Below are positions 16,951 through 24,920 of a DNA stretch of 64,000 bases, piece after piece. How positions within the stretch are numbered: position 1 is the first letter of the stretch; every line of letters starts with the position of its first letter. Under the pieces are notes generated by a model. It was not told the DNA's origin. It searched no databases and was given only the letters and a program-made list of their open reading frames with translations. Source of the stretch: an uncultured Erysipelotrichaceae bacterium (lineage in GTDB: Bacteria; Bacillota_I; Bacilli_A; RF39; UBA660); contig CADBGE010000001.1 in NCBI GenBank assembly GCA_902794075.1, positions 140,603 through 204,602 of the forward strand, given 5' to 3'. The position numbers were made by a program, and so were the translations under genes.

Positions 16951-18624
16951 TTAATACTTACGTAATCTCATCATCTGAGCATATACGTTATTATGATAAT
17001 CATTAATGATATCTTTACTTTCCTTTACAGGTTCTTCTTTCTTCTCAAAATCAACTGAACCCCAGAATGATTCAAGAACACCTTCTTTAGTGAAATCATA
17101 CATCTTTGAAGAACGAACTATTTCTTCCTGACGAGATTCATTTAACATATTCCAAGAAGGAAGATATTCAGAAGGCATGTTCTGTACTGCATAAATATTT
17201 GCATATTTATCAGTTGCCTTGTTTTCCTTTACAATTTCTTTAACTGCACTGTTCTTATCATCAGAAAGAGTTTCAAGAAGTGAATCAATTTCATCAAGAC
17301 GAGCTGCATTATTCTCAGAAATGTACTGAGCAACATTTGCATTCACACTCTCATTAATCTTGTTTTCAAGTACTGGAGCATATTCATCTGTAATCCAATT
17401 TTCAACAACTGTTGAATATTCTTCAGCAATCCAGTTCTCAACAGTTCCTGCAAATTCTTCAGAAACCCAGTTATCAACTTGCTGTCCAAATTCCTCAACA
17501 ATCCAATTTTGTAGATTCTGTGCAAATTCTTCATTTACATACGCCTTAACATCATCACTAAACTTCTCATTAACTTCAGTGTTGATCCATTCATTTACTT
17601 CATTTGCAAAATCTTCACAAATCCAACCTTGTACAGCTTGTGCAAATTCTTCATTTACATATTTCTTAATGCTATCGAAAATATCTTTCTTGAATACAGG
17701 TGAAAATTCCTCTCTAATCCACATCTCAACGGCATTGTAATTTGGTTGAGCAGATTCTTGAGCAACATGAAGTTGAGCCTCAAGAGTTGTCACCTTATCA
17801 GCAAGAGCATCAATTGATTTTTTAAGTTCTTCCATAGTTACTTTACTATCTTTATCTTTGTTATCTTTTTTCTTTTTTTCTTCTTTTTCTGAATCATCTG
17901 ATTTTTCTTCAGATTTCTTTTCAGATTTTTCATCTGACTTTTCTTTTGGTTTTTCATCAGACTTTTTATCGTCTTTCTTTTCATCAGATTTATTATCATC
18001 AGATTTCTTATCGTCTGAATCAAGATCAAGAAGATCATCTGATGAATCATCCTTTTCCACGATAGCCCACATAATGTTGCCGTTATCAAGACTTTCATTA
18101 AGAGACTCAACAGTTTGATTTTCCTTAAGAGTTAGTTTTGCTTGTGAGAATCCAGGAGTTCCAACAAGATCATACGTCTTAAGCGATGTTAAATTGACAC
18201 GACCTTCGTTGGTAATTGTACCAGCACCACGTGAACTAATGTAAAGAGGAAGTCCTCCTTCAACAATAGCCTGAGCAATTTTGCCCTTTGGTGTGTTGAG
18301 TAATAAAATAGTACCAGTGATTGTGCCATCCTCATTCATTTCAATACTTTCAATCTTATGAGAAACATTCTCAAGATTGATATTGAAATTATTTGGATGT
18401 TCCAATTCACCAGGACAACCTTCAGTAGCAATTACTTTCTGTAATGACTCAACCATCGCAGCATAATTTGCTTTGTCATAAATACGATTGTTCTGATTTT
18501 TAACTCCACATACTCCAAAAACACCTGACAAGCGAACACCTTCATGAGGATTTTTGCTCTCTTGAACGGTAAGATCTGAAACCTTGCCTAATGTTTCAAA
18601 GAGCATACAATTTTTATTTGTCAT
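16951..18624 (-). CDS. prohead core protease (T4 gp21-like) fused to an acidic scaffold-like domain
   Basis: LSGVFGVCGVKNQNNRIYDKANY...GELEHP parallels T4 gp21 IEGIFMQAEVVNRNKRLYPKRIL...GELNHP. The C-terminal 350 aa are a K/D/E/S-rich tract plus tandem EEFAxxVxNWI repeats. Confidence 0.8.
   Translation of the reverse strand: MTNKNCMLFETLGKVSDLTVQESKNPHEGVRLSGVFGVCGVKNQNNRIYDKANYAAMVESLQKVIATEGCPGELEHPNNFNINLENVSHKIESIEMNEDGTITGTILLLNTPKGKIAQAIVEGGLPLYISSRGAGTITNEGRVNLTSLKTYDLVGTPGFSQAKLTLKENQTVESLNESLDNGNIMWAIVEKDDSSDDLLDLDSDDKKSDDNKSDEKKDDKKSDEKPKEKSDEKSEKKSEEKSDDSEKEEKKKKDNKDKDSKVTMEELKKSIDALADKVTTLEAQLHVAQESAQPNYNAVEMWIREEFSPVFKKDIFDSIKKYVNEEFAQAVQGWICEDFANEVNEWINTEVNEKFSDDVKAYVNEEFAQNLQNWIVEEFGQQVDNWVSEEFAGTVENWIAEEYSTVVENWITDEYAPVLENKINESVNANVAQYISENNAARLDEIDSLLETLSDDKNSAVKEIVKENKATDKYANIYAVQNMPSEYLPSWNMLNESRQEEIVRSSKMYDFTKEGVLESFWGSVDFEKKEEPVKESKDIINDYHNNVYAQMMRLRKY
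17349..17724 (-). repeat. in-frame coding repeat (about 12-aa EEFAxxVxNWI units) in the scaffold domain
   Basis: VNEEFAQAVQGWICEDFANEVNEWI...VNEEFAQNLQNWIVEEFGQQVDNWVSEEFAGTVENWIAEEYSTVVENWITDEY. Confidence 0.75.
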
Positions 18625-18694
18625 TTCTATTAAAAATTCACTTTAATGTTTTTCTTAGTGTTATAGTAATCTATTATACTTGTTTTTCCGTATA

Positions 18695-18709
18695 ATATAT
18701 ATTAAAAAT
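18695..18709 (-). promoter_or_regulatory. conserved intergenic motif, putative promoter of the protease/scaffold gene
   Basis: atatatattaaaaat lies about 70 nt upstream of the ATG at 18624. Confidence 0.45.
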
Positions 18710-18747
18710 AAATAAATTAAAAATTTAATGAAAAATATGATTTTGAC

Positions 18748-19308
18748 TTATGCAACTGTTTCTTTTGATAGTCTTCTCATCACCTTTTTTATTACAGTCG
18801 GACTATAAGTCATTTTTATAGTTTGCTTATTATTGTCGTTATTAGAAATTTTCATATATTTGCTATCAATGTTCAATTTATTTAGTATTTCATCAGCACT
18901 AAAAAATATATTGTCTACAATTGTACTATTTCTTTTTTCTAAACAAAACTCAATAAATTTGTAAATATGTTCGTCATCTTCATGAATCACAAATATATTT
19001 CTTTCTCGGTCTGAATTTTTTTCATAAGAATATAATACATTGTCATCAATATGTTCAAGTTCAACTTTTTCATCATCATTATATATTCCAAAAGACTTTA
19101 ATAATTTATTCTTTTTTACTACAAATTTGTTATTGTCGCATTCCTTTATTTTAGTTTTAAAGACATCAAACTCAAGTGCAATGTTATTATATCTTATAGA
19201 ATAATATTTTGTAATTAATATAACCACACCTTTATCAAATTTCTTTCCGTCTTTATAATCTTTGTTGATGATTAGTCTTTCTTGTATGTAGTTTATTAAT
19301 GACTTCAT
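18748..19308 (-). CDS. hypothetical protein with CTS-like leader (MKSLINYIQERLIINKDY)
   Basis: Intact 186-aa ORF immediately upstream of the protease gene. The leader carries an I-Q-E site. Confidence 0.6.
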   Translation of the reverse strand: MKSLINYIQERLIINKDYKDGKKFDKGVVILITKYYSIRYNNIALEFDVFKTKIKECDNNKFVVKKNKLLKSFGIYNDDEKVELEHIDDNVLYSYEKNSDRERNIFVIHEDDEHIYKFIEFCLEKRNSTIVDNIFFSADEILNKLNIDSKYMKISNNDNNKQTIKMTYSPTVIKKVMRRLSKETVA

Positions 19309-19922
19309 GAAATTTTTTCATTTATTTGATTTTCCTTAGAAAGTTTTGCACTAAGAGCTTTTTCCATTTCCTCAATAAATGCTCTTGAACCACGAACAGT
19401 AACAGTGCCGTCTGCGGCTGTCTCATGTTCTTTTTGTTCAAATGTCTTTTCGCATACAGCCTGCATTTCTTTAAATATATTCTCAAGATTTCCAGTTAAC
19501 TGATTAAGTTGCGACTGCATGCTTAACATTGAGTTCTGAAGGCTTGTTAAAGAACCATATAATGTACCTTTGCCTGAATTTGAAGTTATTGACATAATTA
19601 ATGTGTCTTGAGCCTTTTCATTTACAGCAAGCATCTTAAGTAATCGTCTAATATTGTCTACTTCCTGTGTTATTTTTGACTTAACATATTGATGCGTCTG
19701 TATATATTCTTCATCAAGAAAATAATATGCAAGACGTTCTGCAATAGTCTTTGCCTTTTCATATGTTTGTTTATCAAGAGCATCAAGATCTATTACAAGA
19801 ATTGGCGTCTCAAGAACTTCATCACTATCATCAATACGAGGTGTCGGAGTTTCAAGAAACAAGTTGTTCAATATATCAGTATTTTTGTCATCCGGAGTTC
19901 CATTCTTACCATCATATTTCAT
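19305..19922 (-). CDS. hypothetical protein (coiled-coil)
   Basis: Intact 205-aa ORF with an ATGA overlap to the next gene. The promoter-like motif lies 25 nt upstream. Confidence 0.5.
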   Translation of the reverse strand: MKYDGKNGTPDDKNTDILNNLFLETPTPRIDDSDEVLETPILVIDLDALDKQTYEKAKTIAERLAYYFLDEEYIQTHQYVKSKITQEVDNIRRLLKMLAVNEKAQDTLIMSITSNSGKGTLYGSLTSLQNSMLSMQSQLNQLTGNLENIFKEMQAVCEKTFEQKEHETAADGTVTVRGSRAFIEEMEKALSAKLSKENQINEKIS

Positions 19923-19946
19923 AATTATCTATTCAAATCATAATAA

Positions 19947-19962
19947 ATATATAATTAAAAAT
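19947..19962 (-). promoter_or_regulatory. conserved intergenic motif, putative promoter
   Basis: atatataattaaaaat lies 25 nt upstream of the ATG at 19922. Confidence 0.45.
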
Positions 19963-20069
19963 ATTTTTAGTCATTTAAACAATTTTAACTATAATTCATT
20001 TAATTTTCATATGACATTTAATATATTATAATCGTAAATAATTTATTGATTCTTTAATTTAATTAAATT

Positions 20070-20330
20070 ATGAACATTAAGATTAACGTCATAAATGACA
20101 GGTTCACTAAGATTTCGCCTATGGCTTTTGGTTCACTGTTCGCCAATCTTTCAGAATATGTCGAGGATGAAACTCCCGAAAAGACCTTTGAAAACATGGG
20201 AGTATTTGTAGGAAAAACTATTGTTGACTATGAAGGCACCGAATACAAAGTAATGTCAATTTCTAAAATGAATCAATATGAGAATCGTTCTAATGAAACA
20301 ACTTATAAGGTTGATGTAAGACGTTTATAA
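20070..20330 (+). CDS. hypothetical small protein
   Basis: Isolated 86-aa plus-strand ORF ending at a bidirectional terminator hairpin. Confidence 0.45.
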   Translation: MNIKINVINDRFTKISPMAFGSLFANLSEYVEDETPEKTFENMGVFVGKTIVDYEGTEYKVMSISKMNQYENRSNETTYKVDVRRL

Positions 20331-20353
20331 TTTTTTGTAAACATTAAAAAACT

Positions 20354-20381
20354 AAAGGTAGTGAGTTAACTCACTACCTTT
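20354..20381. terminator. bidirectional terminator hairpin
   Basis: 12-bp stem aaaggtagtgag / ctcactaccttt with the loop ttaa, between convergent genes. Confidence 0.65.
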
Positions 20382-20404
20382 CTTATTATAAATTTTATAA
20401 TTTT

Positions 20405-22684
20405 TTAGTTAATTTTGAAACTAGAATCGGCTTCAATAAAGAATAGTTTTGTATTTAATTCTTTTGCTAATTTCTCCATCTCTGGGAATTTTCTATTAAC
20501 TATATAAATAACTATTCCGTTGACATCATTAATGAATTTTTTAACCTCTGTATTATTTATGTCAAATTCACCATCGGTTATGACAACATTTATCATGAAA
20601 TCATTAGAATATTTCTTAATAGATTGTAATAAGTCAGTCATTGACATTGTTCCACCACCTAACGAACATTTTTTACCATATTTTATTTCAGTAATACTAG
20701 TATCAAAGGCAAGTATTTTAAATAAAATGTCTTCTACAACCTTTTCTTTACGATACCGTTTCTTTAGGGCTTCACATATGATATAACATGCTTTAAATAC
20801 AGTGTCCAAAGAAGTACCCATAGAACCAGATCTATCCAAATAAAATGCAACATTAATAATTAATGTATCGTCTTTTATTCTACGTCCTGGCTGAAGAACT
20901 TCTCCTTGTTTTACATATCCAGTACCACGTTTTATACGAGAATATGTTGATTGCCATTGACGTTTCTTTTGAAATACTTTTTGTTTTACATATTTATTTA
21001 TTCTTTGGTCAAGTTCATTATTCCATCCCTTTACACCTTTACTTACATTTGTGGCAAGTCCGTCTTTTTCGCCTCTTGCGGATGATTTGCATTTAGAAAT
21101 AAATTCTCCTAATTTTCCAGATAATTTATTCTTATATTCATTAATTATATCCTCAGCATTCTTTCTTATTTTTTCTATGTCTTCTTCAGATTCAACTGGA
21201 GCAATATGTCCTTTACCCCAACCTTTTGATTTGTTATTATTGTTTTTGCCGTTTTTACTGTCAGTAGAATCCGCATCTTTAGCGCTTTTTGCTGAATCTT
21301 TTGCATTATCTCCCTCTTTTTGTGCTTTTTCTCCGGCTTCCTGTGTAGCATCATCATCACTTTCTGATGCAGTTTCTCCAGCTTGTTTTGTAGCATCGCC
21401 TGCTTCATCAGCTGCTTCCTTAGCCTTATCAGCAGCATCAGCAGCATCTTGAGCGGCTTTAGCAGCACCTTCGCCATCACCGTCTTCTTCAGCTTCGGCA
21501 GCCTCTTTAGCAGCATCAGCAGCCTTATCTGCGCCATCCTGAGCACGTTCTGCAGCTTCCTTAGCCTTATCAGCGGCATCCTGAATATCAGAAGCATTTG
21601 GGTCACCGGCTTCATCTGCAGCATCAGCGGCATCCTGAGCAGCATCAGCAGCCTTTTTAGCCGCGTCAGCAGCATCTTGAGCTTCCTGTGCTGATTTGGC
21701 AGCATCAGAGGCTGATGATTTGTCTGATTCATCATTTGAATCATCTCCAGATTGAGCATCTCCAGATTGGTCGTTGTCATTATCCATATCCCATGGAATA
21801 TCTGGGAGATCTGAACCACCACTGCTATTATTATCTCCGCCGCTTGAAATGTCGATACCGTTTTCCAATCCTTCTTTCATTTGAGCTATGGCTGAATTAT
21901 AACCTTTGTCATATTCAGAATTCCCGGTATTTTTGGGTTTAAGATTATTGTCAGTTGGGTCTACTTTTTTATTAACAACATCCTTTATAGCGTCAACCCA
22001 TCCTCTTTTAAAATCCTCGCTATGTTTTCCTTGCGGAGGTGGTGGAGGAGTTGGCCCATCATTCTTATTGACCTGTTTAGGTTTTAACTTTTTGTCTGGG
22101 TCAACATAAAATGGGTCCTTCTTTATATTTTCTAATTCCTCAAGACACTTAAGATATAATGAATACTGAGTATCTATCTTATGATCATATTCAACCCCAT
22201 ATTTTTCTTTAAGATACTCAGGCGTTATTGTGTTAGGTGCCTGATCCTTTTTTCTAATACGAGACAAATAATCATTAATAATGCAGTCAGATACTATGTT
22301 CAAAAGTGTATGATCATATTTAATACCATTAGCTTTTATTTTGTCACCAACAGCAAATGTATCCCATAACTGGTGTAAGCATTCGTGGTCATAAATAAAA
22401 TCCCATAATCTATAATTTTTACCGACATGTTCACAAGGAGCATTTAAAAAAATTCTTTTATTTGGATCAGTATATGCAATTGAATCTGAACCAGGTCTTA
22501 AGAATCTGGTGCTAGTTAACATATCGTAAAAGAACATATCGTCATCATTATATGAAGTATCATTGATATATTCAATAAGTTTTACCTTAAAATCACCTTC
22601 TCCATCAATACTATCCGCATTAAGAATACTGTTTTTTACCCATTCAAAATCTTTGTCATTTAATAATGTACTTTTAATCTCCAT
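20405..22684 (-). CDS. putative metallopeptidase (DUF2201_N-like, HExxH) + VWA domain protein with long Ala/Asp/Lys-rich insert
   Basis: HECLHQLW lies in the N-terminal domain. The C-terminal MIDAS motif is AFYLDRSGSMG with downstream GGGTMSMTD and VVITDGE. Roughly residues 320-470 are low-complexity DAADAAKKAADAAQDAADAADEAGD. Confidence 0.7.
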   Translation of the reverse strand: MEIKSTLLNDKDFEWVKNSILNADSIDGEGDFKVKLIEYINDTSYNDDDMFFYDMLTSTRFLRPGSDSIAYTDPNKRIFLNAPCEHVGKNYRLWDFIYDHECLHQLWDTFAVGDKIKANGIKYDHTLLNIVSDCIINDYLSRIRKKDQAPNTITPEYLKEKYGVEYDHKIDTQYSLYLKCLEELENIKKDPFYVDPDKKLKPKQVNKNDGPTPPPPPQGKHSEDFKRGWVDAIKDVVNKKVDPTDNNLKPKNTGNSEYDKGYNSAIAQMKEGLENGIDISSGGDNNSSGGSDLPDIPWDMDNDNDQSGDAQSGDDSNDESDKSSASDAAKSAQEAQDAADAAKKAADAAQDAADAADEAGDPNASDIQDAADKAKEAAERAQDGADKAADAAKEAAEAEEDGDGEGAAKAAQDAADAADKAKEAADEAGDATKQAGETASESDDDATQEAGEKAQKEGDNAKDSAKSAKDADSTDSKNGKNNNNKSKGWGKGHIAPVESEEDIEKIRKNAEDIINEYKNKLSGKLGEFISKCKSSARGEKDGLATNVSKGVKGWNNELDQRINKYVKQKVFQKKRQWQSTYSRIKRGTGYVKQGEVLQPGRRIKDDTLIINVAFYLDRSGSMGTSLDTVFKACYIICEALKKRYRKEKVVEDILFKILAFDTSITEIKYGKKCSLGGGTMSMTDLLQSIKKYSNDFMINVVITDGEFDINNTEVKKFINDVNGIVIYIVNRKFPEMEKLAKELNTKLFFIEADSSFKIN
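21274..21724 (-). repeat. low-complexity Ala/Asp/Lys/Glu coding tract (locally GC-richer)
   Basis: DAAKSAQEAQDAADAAKKAADAAQDAADAADEAGD... lies inside the VWA protein and generates three spurious overlapping ORFs in other frames. Confidence 0.8.
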
Positions 22685-22952
22685 AATATTCTTCTAAATT
22701 TACGATAGGTTTTGTTATTGTTCTGTATGAGACAGCTTGATGTTTATATATCTGCGAATTTGGATCCTTTATTACAAATATTGTACCATTATCTACAGCA
22801 TTATTATATTCATGTGAAAGATTGAAATCCATACTTTGTCTAATGCTTCCGTCAATTTGAACACGGTCCTTTGGTACTATAACTGGAACAACACAGAATC
22901 TATAAAAATCATCATCATTGTCAAAATACATTTTGTTCGGAATTCTTAACAT
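22674..22952 (-). CDS. hypothetical protein
   Basis: 92-aa ORF between the ATPase and VWA genes. It overlaps the VWA gene start by 11 nt. Confidence 0.45.
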   Translation of the reverse strand: MLRIPNKMYFDNDDDFYRFCVVPVIVPKDRVQIDGSIRQSMDFNLSHEYNNAVDNGTIFVIKDPNSQIYKHQAVSYRTITKPIVNLEEYYGD

Positions 22953-23003
22953 AATTAAATTTTACTATTATGTATTTTTTATAATAGATGATAATAATTA
23001 ATT

Positions 23004-24260
23004 TTATTCATCATCATCTGCTAAAGGATCTTTATATCCTGCCTTTTTCCATTGAGAATCCTTTTCATATTTAAACTTTACACCATCAGCTTCAATTTTT
23101 GCAATAATTCTTTCAAGCATTTCACCATTGCACTCATCTGGGTCAACACATACATGAATGTTTTCACGAGAAATACCATAACGAACTACATGCTGATCCT
23201 TTCCTTCTCTTTGTTCAAGATATCCGTTCTTCATTGCCTTACGAATTGAGTTCTTAGTATTTTCCGATACCATATCCATTCCTTTTCCACGTGTTGAACG
23301 GCTTGCCTTTTCAGCCTTTTCTTGAAGTTTACCTGTAATGTAATCAAACATAAATTCAGCAAGCTTTTGAAGTTTTGCTTCATCGCTTCTTTCAAGATCT
23401 TCCTTAGCAACACCAATCAATCTATCAAAATAATCTTCTGCATCAAATTCTTCAAACTGATTAGATTTCTTTAGTTTGTCAACAAATTTGAAAATCTTAT
23501 GTTCAATCTCACGGGGATTATCGAACAAATCAGCACATTCTCCAAATTTTGAAACAAACTCTTTGCCTAAAACACTATCCCATTCTCCATGTAAATGTGA
23601 AAAAGCTGAATTCCAGTCTGTTTGCCACATGATAAGAGGTTTAAAACGAGAACGAAGAGGACCACTTAATTCATTAACTGCATCATTTTCATCCTCAAAG
23701 TTACCTGCAGCGCCAACAAAGAAGTTTTCAAATGGCACACGACAAATTTCATGTTCAAGAACAATAGGCATCAGTGCATTCATAACATCAGGAGCAGCTT
23801 GGTTCATCTCATCAAAGAACAATAAATAATCAACATCTTTGTTTTCATCCATTTCTGCAGCCCAATCAGGCATAAGCATCTCTTGTTTACCATGACCTTT
23901 TTTTGTTTTTCCTGGAGTAGGAATACCACCAAGGTCTGATGCTACAGCTTTATCAAGATATACTGTTTTAACTTCACGTCCAAACTTTTTAGCAAGATCT
24001 TTAATGATTGATGTCTTACCCCAACCTGCTCGACCAATAATAAAAAAGTCTTCTTCTGTTCTAAACTTCATAAGAAGTTTCTTCATGTTCTTATTAAGCT
24101 GTTCTTTTGGAATCTCAACTACAGCAGCATCATTTGTTGGCTCATTAAGCCCATAAAGACCATCAGAACCATTATTTTCTGCAGACTTACCATCAATTGG
24201 ATTCTTACGAGGACGTCCACGTTGTTCCTCAATCATTTGAACATATTCTTGTAAATTCAT
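23004..24260 (-). CDS. AAA+ ATPase, MoxR/AAA_5-like
   Basis: Walker A is IIGRAGWGKTS and Walker B is YLLFFDEMNQAAPDVMNAL. It is adjacent to a VWA protein, the classic MoxR-VWA pairing. Confidence 0.8.
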   Translation of the reverse strand: MNLQEYVQMIEEQRGRPRKNPIDGKSAENNGSDGLYGLNEPTNDAAVVEIPKEQLNKNMKKLLMKFRTEEDFFIIGRAGWGKTSIIKDLAKKFGREVKTVYLDKAVASDLGGIPTPGKTKKGHGKQEMLMPDWAAEMDENKDVDYLLFFDEMNQAAPDVMNALMPIVLEHEICRVPFENFFVGAAGNFEDENDAVNELSGPLRSRFKPLIMWQTDWNSAFSHLHGEWDSVLGKEFVSKFGECADLFDNPREIEHKIFKFVDKLKKSNQFEEFDAEDYFDRLIGVAKEDLERSDEAKLQKLAEFMFDYITGKLQEKAEKASRSTRGKGMDMVSENTKNSIRKAMKNGYLEQREGKDQHVVRYGISRENIHVCVDPDECNGEMLERIIAKIEADGVKFKYEKDSQWKKAGYKDPLADDDE

Positions 24261-24327
24261 TTTATTGTATTGTATAAAATTAATTTATTATATTTTTTCA
24301 TTTTTTATAATCGTTCATTAATAATTA

Positions 24328-24399
24328 ATCATTATGATATTTATAATCACTATGATATTTATAATCACTATGATATTTACAATCATTATGATATTTATG
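24328..24399. repeat. 18-bp tandem repeat x4
   Basis: atcattatgatatttata / atcactatgatatttata / atcactatgatatttaca / atcattatgatatttatg, upstream of the AAA+ ATPase gene. Confidence 0.85.
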
Positions 24400-24820
24400 A
24401 ATTATCGTTCTCAATATTAGTAATGATGTTTTTTAATGTATTGATAAGTTCATCTTTATTTATATGTTGTAATTGTTCATTACAGCATTCCATTAAAATA
24501 TTGTATGATTGTGCATTAGAATCTTCTACGATATTATCATCTGACATATCGCTAAAGCATTTTTTATATGATTCATATATATTTCTATATAATGGACCAA
24601 ATTTTTTAATGTTATATACTATTCTCTTGTCATCAATAGTAATGTTTTCATTGATAAATTTAGATGTATCAAGACCAAATGCTATATTCATAAGAGTATT
24701 GAAATTCTTATAATCTGACATCATTTCAAGAAATTTGTCATCAATGCTTTCAGATTCATTAATATCATAATTTACAAAGATATCATACATCTTTTTCAAT
24801 GTTTCTTCATTCTTATTCAT
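24395..24820 (-). CDS. hypothetical protein
   Basis: The ORF track starts at 24892, but that stretch runs through the terminator and promoter motif. I prefer the ATG at 24820 (MNKNEETLKK...). Confidence 0.45.
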   Translation of the reverse strand: MNKNEETLKKMYDIFVNYDINESESIDDKFLEMMSDYKNFNTLMNIAFGLDTSKFINENITIDDKRIVYNIKKFGPLYRNIYESYKKCFSDMSDDNIVEDSNAQSYNILMECCNEQLQHINKDELINTLKNIITNIENDNS

Positions 24821-24840
24821 ATATATAATTAAAATATTAA

Positions 24841-24856
24841 CATTATATATAAAAAT
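24841..24856 (-). promoter_or_regulatory. conserved intergenic motif, putative promoter
   Basis: cattatatataaaaat lies directly after terminator 24857..24889. The same 16-mer occurs at 34318..34333. Confidence 0.45.
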
Positions 24857-24889
24857 AAAAAAACAGTTCACAATTAATTGAGAACTGTT
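24857..24889 (-). terminator. intrinsic terminator
   Basis: Stem aacagttc / gaactgtt, followed by a run of seven T on the minus strand. Confidence 0.6.
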
Positions 24890-24920
24890 CATACAAACAA
24901 AAACATATTAAAAGTATTTT

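Noticed and set aside
17343-18118. ORFs 17343..17534 -, 17360..17740 +, 17838..18110 - and 17858..18118 + inside the protease/scaffold gene.
   Set aside because: They are caused by the tandem EEFA..NWI repeats and the K/D/E/S-rich tract. The main frame carries the gp21-like domain.
21051-21822. Three overlapping ORFs (21051..21452 +, 21175..21822 -, 21383..21694 +) inside the VWA gene.
   Set aside because: They are artefacts of the Ala/Asp repeat tract. GCN/GAT repeats lack stop codons in several frames.
24328-24399. Possible CRISPR array.
   Set aside because: It has four contiguous 18-bp units with no spacers, so it is a tandem repeat and not a CRISPR array. The other repeat clusters (7455..7567, 51738..51865) likewise lack a repeat-spacer organisation.
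24821-24892. Upstream start at 24892 (MNSSQLIVNCFFIFIYNVNILIIY...) for the 24395 gene.
   Set aside because: The extension runs through the terminator hairpin and the promoter-like motif and encodes a junk hydrophobic peptide. The ATG at 24820 is preferred.
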